From positions 1 through 21,203 of the forward strand of contig JBBQRQ010000087.1 of NCBI GenBank assembly GCA_038214755.1: DNA of 21,203 bases. The letters run 5' to 3'. Source of the DNA: Verrucomicrobiota bacterium (GTDB lineage: Bacteria > Verrucomicrobiota > Verrucomicrobiia > Limisphaerales > CANJXF01). Position 1 is the stretch's first letter, and each line of letters opens with the position of its first letter. Both the position numbers and the translations under genes were made by a program. Of this stretch, positions 17,407 through 21,203 are shown one piece after another. The notes under the pieces are model-generated. The model did no database searches. It was not told the origin of the DNA and worked only from the letters and a program-made list of their open reading frames with translations.

Positions 17407-17424
17407 GGGTTAAGGCAGGGTGGA

Positions 17425-17614
17425 GAAATCCGAAACCCGAAATCCGAAAGAAATCCGAAGACCGAAGACCGAAAGTGCGGTGGAAATGTGCCGGGGGCAA
17501 AGCGCTTTGCCGGGCACTGGCCAGAAATCGTTTTCGCGGTTCGGCTTTCGGTCCATTTTCGGATTTCGGGGCTTCGGATTTCTTTCGGATTTCGGATTTC
17601 GGATTTCGGATTTC
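17425..17614. repeat. Inverted pair of heptamer arrays (GAAATCC)n / (GGATTTC)n
   Basis: Left arm 17425-17474 and right arm 17557-17614; both carry the same interruption GAAATCCGAAAGAAATCCGAAG. Confidence 0.88.
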
Positions 17615-17643
17615 GCGTTCAAAGTTCCTTTCTCATTTCCCAA

Positions 17644-18642
17644 TCAAAACCATTTTCGTTTCCTGAAATATAAATACGTGGCGATCGTGCTTACGCCGGT
17701 GACGGCAAGGGCGATGGGATACGCATGTTTCCATTCCAGTTCCGGCATGTCTTTAAAATTCATTCCGTACCACGTCCCGATCATCATAATTGGCGTCGTC
17801 ACCACCGTGATCAACGTCAGCAATTTCACCACTTCGCCGGTCTGATTGGAGGACATATTCAAATAAACCTGCAACGTTCCCGTCAGTGAATCGGTATAAT
17901 TTTGCGCCAGTTCAGAAATATGAAACAAGGCGTCATAAACGTCGCGATAATAGGGCACGAGATGCGGACGGATTAATTTGATTTCGCCCCGCGCCAGCCG
18001 CGCCATCACTTCGCCTTGCGGCCGGATAATTTGGCGCAGATGCAAAACTTCTTTTTTAATCTGCAAAATTTTATTGAGCGTTTCTTTGCTCGGATTTTGC
18101 AAGGCCTGTTGCTCGACTTCCGAAATTTCCAACGACAATTCATCCAGCGCCGGTTTGTAATTCTCCACCAGCGCATCGAGCAACGTGTGCGCGACCCGGT
18201 CCGGCGCGCGCGCCACGTGCATTGTTCCTTTCAAACAGCGTTCCTCGGTCGATTGAATGCTGCGCAGCGGGACCTCGTGATAAGTGACGAGAAAATTTTT
18301 ACCGAGAAAAAAATTCAGTTCGCTCGTGGCAAAAACGCCGTCTTTGCGGCTGTAATCCACCGCGTGAATGACCAGGAAAAGATATTCCGCAAACCGATCG
18401 TTCTCTTTGGGAGAATATTCCTCCACCTTCGGCCAGGGGCTGACCGCGACGCAATCTTCAATCGACAACGGATGAAAATGGAAAACATCGTCCAGGACAA
18501 ATTTCGCTTCTTCCGGCGTCGGTTTTTCCAAATCGACCCACAAAAAAAGATTCGTGTCCGCCAGCAGGGTGGGCATCAAAAACATCTCGAGATTTTTGCT
18601 GTGCAGCTTGCCTTGAGTGGTGAATGCGAAGGAGCGGATCAT
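17644..18642 (-). CDS. corA: Magnesium/cobalt transporter CorA
   Basis: LWVDL, FHPLSIED, PKVEEY, ELNFFLG, YYRDVYD and YGMNF followed by MPEL and two C-terminal TM helices. Start placed at ATG 18642. Confidence 0.93.
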   Translation of the reverse strand: MIRSFAFTTQGKLHSKNLEMFLMPTLLADTNLFLWVDLEKPTPEEAKFVLDDVFHFHPLSIEDCVAVSPWPKVEEYSPKENDRFAEYLFLVIHAVDYSRKDGVFATSELNFFLGKNFLVTYHEVPLRSIQSTEERCLKGTMHVARAPDRVAHTLLDALVENYKPALDELSLEISEVEQQALQNPSKETLNKILQIKKEVLHLRQIIRPQGEVMARLARGEIKLIRPHLVPYYRDVYDALFHISELAQNYTDSLTGTLQVYLNMSSNQTGEVVKLLTLITVVTTPIMMIGTWYGMNFKDMPELEWKHAYPIALAVTGVSTIATYLYFRKRKWF

Positions 18643-18649
18643 GTTTTGT

Positions 18650-18723
18650 CGCGCCGCGAATTTGTTTAAATAAAATTTTTCGCGGCGCGGCGCGCATCTT
18701 AGGCGGAAGAAATGTAGGCGCAA
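18650..18723 (-). promoter_or_regulatory. corA promoter and 5'-UTR hairpin
   Basis: TTGCGC-16-TAAGAT (18723-18696), then an 11-bp perfect stem CGCGCCGCGAA/TTCGCGGCGCG (18689-18650) ending 7 nt before the ATG. Confidence 0.5.
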
Positions 18724-18789
18724 GGTTGGTTTGAATTATCGTGGGAATTGCATCTTGCACGCAGCCGGATCGAGTGGGATACCTCTCCA

Positions 18790-19029
18790 ATGACCCAGTT
18801 GATTGACGATAAACGAAGATTGGTGATGCCTTCCAATTTTCGACCAGGCGATGCTGTGCGAGTGGAAACCACAAACCAGGATACGCTGGTCATCCGTCGA
18901 ATGAAGCCTCTGCCCAAGCCAAATAAAAAAATTAGATTCGTCCGCCAAAAAGATGGATGGAGCGTGTTGCCGGGCGGCCCCAAACTCACGACTGAAGACG
19001 TCAAACGCATCTTGGAGGATTTTCCGTGA
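18790..19029 (+). CDS. AbrB/MazE-type antitoxin
   Basis: MTQLIDDKRRLVMP...PGDAVRVE...LVIRR swapped-hairpin pattern with C-terminal LTTEDVKRILEDFP. Its stop overlaps the start of the PIN gene (GTGATG). Confidence 0.8.
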   Translation: MTQLIDDKRRLVMPSNFRPGDAVRVETTNQDTLVIRRMKPLPKPNKKIRFVRQKDGWSVLPGGPKLTTEDVKRILEDFP

Positions 19030-19388
19030 TGCCCGATGTCAATTTGCTCGTGGCAATGTCATGGCCTGAACATTCGCATCATCAACTGGCGACTGAGTGG
19101 AGAGAAAGAAATCCAACTTTTTATACCTGCGCCCTTACCGAACTCGGTGTATTGCGCGTTCTGATCAGCATCGGCGCACCTGTTCCAATGGCCGAAGATC
19201 AGCTCGCCACTGTCATCAAACATCGCAAAGCTTTACTTCCTTGCGATCTCTCCGCCGACGTTTTGCGCGGCAAGATTCGCGGCCACAAACAAGTGACTGA
19301 TTCTTATCTCCTGGAAGTAGCCCGAAAAAATGGCGTGAAACTCGCCACGCTTGACGGAGGAATTAAAGGCGCGGAACTCGTCCGCTAA
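19026..19388 (+). CDS. vapC: PIN-domain VapC-family toxin
   Basis: PDVNLLVA, TELGVLR, QVTDSYLL and LATLD carry the PIN acidic residues. Translationally coupled to the upstream antitoxin. Confidence 0.88.
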   Translation: MMPDVNLLVAMSWPEHSHHQLATEWRERNPTFYTCALTELGVLRVLISIGAPVPMAEDQLATVIKHRKALLPCDLSADVLRGKIRGHKQVTDSYLLEVARKNGVKLATLDGGIKGAELVR

Positions 19389-19609
19389 AACATTCGCCAA
19401 TCTTCCTCCGGAGAAACGAATGCGCCCAGCGAATGGCCTTTCGGCAAAGCCCATTTGCCATTTGTTTTCGGCGAAGGTTCCGTCTGGCGATGAATCCATT
19501 GTTCCGCCGATCGACAAAGTAATTCGGGGACGCTGGAATGAAGTTGCTGCGCCAGTTTTTCCATTTGCTGGTAAAGCGAGTCGGGAATTTGAACTTCAGC
19601 TCTTTTCAT
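19385..19609 (-). CDS. Small ribbon-helix-helix (CopG-like) antitoxin-type protein
   Basis: MKRAEVQIPDSLYQQMEKLAQQLHSSVPELLCRSAE fits a beta-helix-helix pattern, and it has its own promoter-like signal. Confidence 0.65.
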   Translation of the reverse strand: MKRAEVQIPDSLYQQMEKLAQQLHSSVPELLCRSAEQWIHRQTEPSPKTNGKWALPKGHSLGAFVSPEEDWRMF

Positions 19610-19615
19610 GCAGAC

Positions 19616-19645
19616 AGATTAGTCCCACCCTTCAGAATTCGGCAA
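19616..19645 (-). promoter_or_regulatory. Sigma70-type promoter placing the transcription start at the ATG of the RHH gene (leaderless)
   Basis: TTGCCG-18-TAATCT-6 nt-ATG. Confidence 0.55.
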
Positions 19646-19684
19646 GGTGGCGTTTGCAGTGCGCCTCTCAATTTCTGCCAAAAT

Positions 19685-19762
19685 AACGGAACGCCGATCT
19701 CCTGATCGGCTCGCGGAAAATGTGGAGCGTTCCAATGCCGATCAGGAGATCGGCGTTCCGTT
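19685..19762. repeat. REP-like doublet with a 26-bp perfect inverted repeat
   Basis: AACGGAACGCCGATCTCCTGATCGGC / GCCGATCAGGAGATCGGCGTTCCGTT; each arm is itself a hairpin (GCCGATC-N4-GATCGGC). Confidence 0.85.
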
Positions 19763-19884
19763 GCCGCCTTTTTCCGCACATTTGAAACCTGCAATTTAGT
19801 GAGATGCGCGACGTTTGCCATCGCTTTCAAAAACGAGTTTGCATTTTCTTATTCGCAACCCAAGTCTTCGACTCATTCAAAACT

Positions 19885-20730
19885 ATGAAAAATATTTCAC
19901 GCCATTGTCTTTCGCTCGCCGCCGTTTTCACTTTGTTGGTCTTGGCCGCGTGCGCTTCCCGGAGTGCAGCCAAGACGCCCAAAAAAGTTCTCGTCGTCAC
20001 CGTCACCACTGGCTTCCCACATAGCTCCATTCCCACTGCGGAAAAAGTTTTGACGGACCTCGGACAAAATAGCGGCGCATTCACCGTCGTGGACATCGTA
20101 GGCAGCGGGCCGCGTCCCTCGGACAAAGCGCAGGAAACAATATGGATGGAAAAACTCAGCAAAACTTTGGCCGAAAAAATGTCGCCCGCCGCGCTTAAAA
20201 ATTACGACGGAATTATTTTCGCGAACACGACGGGCGATTTGCCGTTGCCCGACAAGGACGCCTTTTTGAAATGGATTGCCGCCGGTCACGCCTTCATCGG
20301 AATGCACTCGGCCACCGACACCTTTCGCGGCCATACGCCGCTCGATTCCTACGTCGAAATGATCGGCGGCGAATTCAAAACTCACGGCGCGCAAGTCGAA
20401 GTGACCTGCATCAATCAAGACCCGAAACATCCCGCGTGCAAAACTTTCGGCCCGACGTTTACGGTCAAAGATGAAATTTATATTATGAACGGATTTGACC
20501 GCGCAAAAGTCCACGGCCTGCTCACGCTGATGAAACATCCGAACACCGGCGAGCCGGGCGATTATCCGATCGCGTGGTGCAAAAATTACGGAAAAGGAAA
20601 AGTTTTCTACACATCACTCGGCCATCGCGAAGATGTTTGGGAAAGCGAGCCGTATCAAAAACATATTTTGGGCGGAATCAAATGGGCGCTCGGTTTGGAA
20701 AAAGGCGATGCGCAACCGCAGACGAAATAA
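19885..20730 (+). CDS. ThuA-like domain (class I glutamine amidotransferase fold) lipoprotein
   Basis: Lipobox LAAC, KVLVVT..GFPHSSI, FANTTG, GMHSATD, GGEFKTH, DEIY, GKVFYTSLGH and GGIKWALG. Start placed at ATG 19885. Confidence 0.9.
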   Translation: MKNISRHCLSLAAVFTLLVLAACASRSAAKTPKKVLVVTVTTGFPHSSIPTAEKVLTDLGQNSGAFTVVDIVGSGPRPSDKAQETIWMEKLSKTLAEKMSPAALKNYDGIIFANTTGDLPLPDKDAFLKWIAAGHAFIGMHSATDTFRGHTPLDSYVEMIGGEFKTHGAQVEVTCINQDPKHPACKTFGPTFTVKDEIYIMNGFDRAKVHGLLTLMKHPNTGEPGDYPIAWCKNYGKGKVFYTSLGHREDVWESEPYQKHILGGIKWALGLEKGDAQPQTK

Positions 20731-21203
20731 AAAATCTGATCCGCGAGAAGTGTTTTAGTTTTCGCCCGGAACTTTCTCAGGAAGAACTTTTAAACCGATA
20801 GCGCGGGCGAACGCTCTCTGGCGGGACTGAAAATCAAAGCTGAGAAAGTGAGTGGCGCCGGTTTGTTGAGCAGCGAGGACATGCAAGCCGTCCAGTAAAT
20901 CGGGTTGAACAAACCGGCCTTGCTGAAGAACGACCGACTCAAATTCCGAAAAAAGCTTTTCCCAATCGACACCTACCTCGGCAACTCTTCCAGATTGTTT
21001 GTCCCGCTGGAAAGCTTTCCAACCATTTTCATTTTTTGCTTCCCAGATAGAGCCGAGTCTAACCCGACTTGGCGGATTCGACCCTGGGTTGAACTTTTTT
21101 CATGACGCAAGTGGTTGATTTGCTGGTAAGGCAGGTCTGTGAAAAGGGCAAAAGTGGCTGTAGTGAAGACCTACCCTATTTCCACCTCCCAAAAATTGTG
21201 CAT

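Noticed and set aside
17410..17673. Small ORFs with SEIRNPK / FGFRIS periodicity, and a possible CRISPR array
   Set aside because: These are translations of 7-bp tandem repeats. There are no 23-50 bp repeats with unique spacers and no cas genes.
18643..18789. M-box or NiCo riboswitch upstream of corA
   Set aside because: The predicted leader is only about 45 nt and the rest of the spacer holds divergent promoters.
20790..21105. ORFs 20790-20972 (-) and 20905-21105 (+) as genes
   Set aside because: Short, with non-ATG starts, mutually overlapping, and no recognisable motif.

Overview
A gene-dense bacterial chromosomal window. Gene content and repeat families are most consistent with Verrucomicrobiota, which is an inference. 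From left to right it holds: a truncated TIGR04073-like lipoprotein; a minus-strand metal-uptake unit (His-rich small ORF ending in RAPP, outer-membrane protein, cluster A-I substrate-binding protein, ABC-3 permease, no ATPase) behind an InrS-type CsoR/RcnR repressor divergent from rcnA; purH; a long minus-strand run (corA, PAS histidine kinase, sigma54 response regulator, GT-C/GT39 glycosyltransferase, beta-barrel, Wzc, Wza-like, FHA protein); an AbrB-VapC toxin-antitoxin pair with a convergent orphan RHH gene; and a ThuA-like lipoprotein. The strongest candidate system is a DUF2946/CruR-like RAPP leader peptide, with His ligands in place of CxxC, followed by a terminator-like hairpin upstream of the metal importer. 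The window also carries about nine palindromic or heptamer repeat elements, two nested and two inside coding sequence, and several promoters that appear to yield leaderless mRNAs. No rRNA, tRNA, CRISPR array or transposase was recognised.
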